A stretch of DNA of 63,835 nt, filler included. It is 6 parts of 6 records of this genome, joined end to end, with 100 filler letters (N's around TTAATTAATTAA, not from the genome) between each part and the next. Parts side by side here need not be neighbours in the genome. Positions count along the whole stretch, not along the records: positions 58,740 to 63,835 come from DRR723986_5418; 5 more parts are not named here. The stretch is one strand, 5' to 3'. Shown one piece after another: positions 62,366 to 63,835 of this stretch. Below the pieces are notes generated by a model. The model saw only the letters and a program-made list of their open reading frames with translations. It ran no database searches and was not told the DNA's origin. Position 1 is the first letter of the stretch. Every line of letters starts with the position of its first letter. Position numbers and translations under genes: made by a program.

Positions 62366-62386
62366 AAAACAGAAATACCACCTTCA

Positions 62387-62974
62387 ATGAAAAAAAGTGA
62401 ACAGACGGAAGCTACAACCAGGCGGCTAAGAGAAACCGGGCGCAACTTGTTTGCCGAGCGTGGATTTGCAGGCACGGCCGCCGAAGATATCGTGCGCGCG
62501 GCAGGCGTGACGCGTGGAGCGCTCTACCATCACTTTAACGGTAAGGCAGGATTGTTTGAGGCGATAACGGTTGACGCCATGCAGGAGATCCAGGAGCGCA
62601 TCCTGGCAGAAGTAAACCGGCATGAAGACATGTGGGTTGGTTTTGTGGCGGGCTGTATGGCCTTCCTGGAAGCTGCCAGCGAACCGGGTCTGCAGCGCAT
62701 CGTAATTATAGAAGCCCCTGCAGTCATCGGCTGGGAACGCTGGCGCAGCCTGGACGAATCAATGAGTGTGCAGTCACTGCGCGAAGGCATCAGCACATTA
62801 ATAGATGAAGGTCACATGATCAGCCACTCGGTTGGCGCCGTAACGAACCTGCTGACCGGGGCGATGAACGAGGCTGCGCTGTGGATTGCCAGCCAGGAAG
62901 ACCACGTGCAGGCGCAGATTCAAGCCAAAGATGCACTCCATTCAATTCTGGCAGGGCTGCGCGCCAACGATTAA
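62387..62974 (+). CDS. TetR/AcrR family regulator
   Basis: LFAERGFAGT..EDIVRAAGVTRGALYHHF.GK.GLF. Confidence 0.93.
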   Translation: MKKSEQTEATTRRLRETGRNLFAERGFAGTAAEDIVRAAGVTRGALYHHFNGKAGLFEAITVDAMQEIQERILAEVNRHEDMWVGFVAGCMAFLEAASEPGLQRIVIIEAPAVIGWERWRSLDESMSVQSLREGISTLIDEGHMISHSVGAVTNLLTGAMNEAALWIASQEDHVQAQIQAKDALHSILAGLRAND

Positions 62975-63142
62975 GACATTAAAAATGAAGTGCTTAAGTC
63001 GGGAAGAACCACATATATGACCGTAAAGGCCATCAGTAGAATGGCCCTTTTATCCAGATGATGTTCAGTGCTTATTGCATGTAAGACAGGCGCCGCCATG
63101 CGGACGGCGCACTCCAGAAGTTCCCGGATAAAGGAGAACATC

Positions 63143-63709
63143 ATGCTTATACTGAACAAAACCTTCATCATGCTTATCCTGGCTGGGATCAGCATTTCCA
63201 CCAGCAGTCAATTAAACGCTCAGCTCACAGATGAATCCGAAGCCCAGGCATCCGGAATCAAGGTCAGCCACCAACTGGGGCTGACAGCCTCAGCGCTTTC
63301 GGGCACAGGACTCAACTATCAATTGCAGGTTGGCATTGTTGGACTTGAGGCGACGGGTTATATCTTTCACACGGAAACCGATGATCGCACGGAAACCGAT
63401 TATTCCTACGGACTGGAACTGCAGCTGGCCCTGATGCGCGGTGAGATGTATCGTTTCTACGGCCTGGCCGGCATGCATCTGGTAGCTGAAGACTATAGCT
63501 GGAGACAGCCGCTGTTCAACGGCGAATTTGAAACTATGGAAGCTTACAGAGAAACCGTGACGAGCGGTCTGGGCCTGGGAATTGAGCTGGTCTTCTGGGA
63601 CCATTTATCGACAAACTTTGACTTTGGTCTGGCGTATTCGAACAGCCAGGGTGGTGCCGACAAAGAATTGGGGCCCGCCGCAGCAATCGGTATCGGCTTC
63701 CGCTTCTAG
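63143..63709 (+). CDS. Putative small outer-membrane beta-barrel protein
   Basis: AAGGAG RBS, signal peptide, alternating beta-strand pattern, C-terminal IGIGFRF. Confidence 0.7.
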   Translation: MLILNKTFIMLILAGISISTSSQLNAQLTDESEAQASGIKVSHQLGLTASALSGTGLNYQLQVGIVGLEATGYIFHTETDDRTETDYSYGLELQLALMRGEMYRFYGLAGMHLVAEDYSWRQPLFNGEFETMEAYRETVTSGLGLGIELVFWDHLSTNFDFGLAYSNSQGGADKELGPAAAIGIGFRF

Positions 63710-63835
63710 AATTGTTGAACTAGTTGAGGATAACTAACCAGCGCCCGGCCGCACGTTGGGCGTTTTGCATTTTGGGCCAAAGCCGCCAGCCGAGGAGTGT
63801 AAACCATCAGCTGTTAGCCCTAAGGGCTGTGAGCC

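Overview
This window is not one locus. Six unrelated contigs are joined by artificial 100-nt linkers (44 N + TTAATTAATTAA + 44 N). Contig 1 (1-26907) looks like a Hyphomicrobiales, Roseibium/Labrenzia-type chromosome: fabB/fabA, irr, nth, mutS, maeB, trpF-trpB-[insert]-trpA-accD-folC, ada, arginase/ornithine cyclodeaminase, pyrF, hisB/hisH. Contig 2 (27008-33452) is Roseobacter-like (metY end, SIMPL, an 814-aa PilM/PilP-like protein, hppD). Contig 3 (33553-39332) is gammaproteobacterial-like (rhodanese, peroxiredoxin, degenerate EAL, beta-oxidation genes). Contig 4 (39433-52452) is a decaying Rhodobacteraceae-like accessory region next to ahcY. Contig 5 (52553-58639) is a high-GC Rhodobacteraceae region (DMT, thiN, a 953-aa acidic protein, secG, pyrG). 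Contig 6 (58740-63835) is of uncertain origin (RluA-methyltransferase fusion, LLM oxidoreductase, VOC/TetR, beta-barrel protein). All taxonomic calls are inferences from gene content and composition. The most interesting signal is in contig 1. A 95-aa stand-alone GIY-YIG nuclease gene sits between maeB and trpF, surrounded by three CGTC-tagged palindromic repeats, two of them ~60-bp direct repeats. More copies of the same hairpin family, with compensatory stem changes, lie in other intergenic regions. This resembles the REP/RAYT arrangement but with a GIY-YIG enzyme in place of a HUH transposase. Protein identifications come from motif recognition only; no database searches were run.
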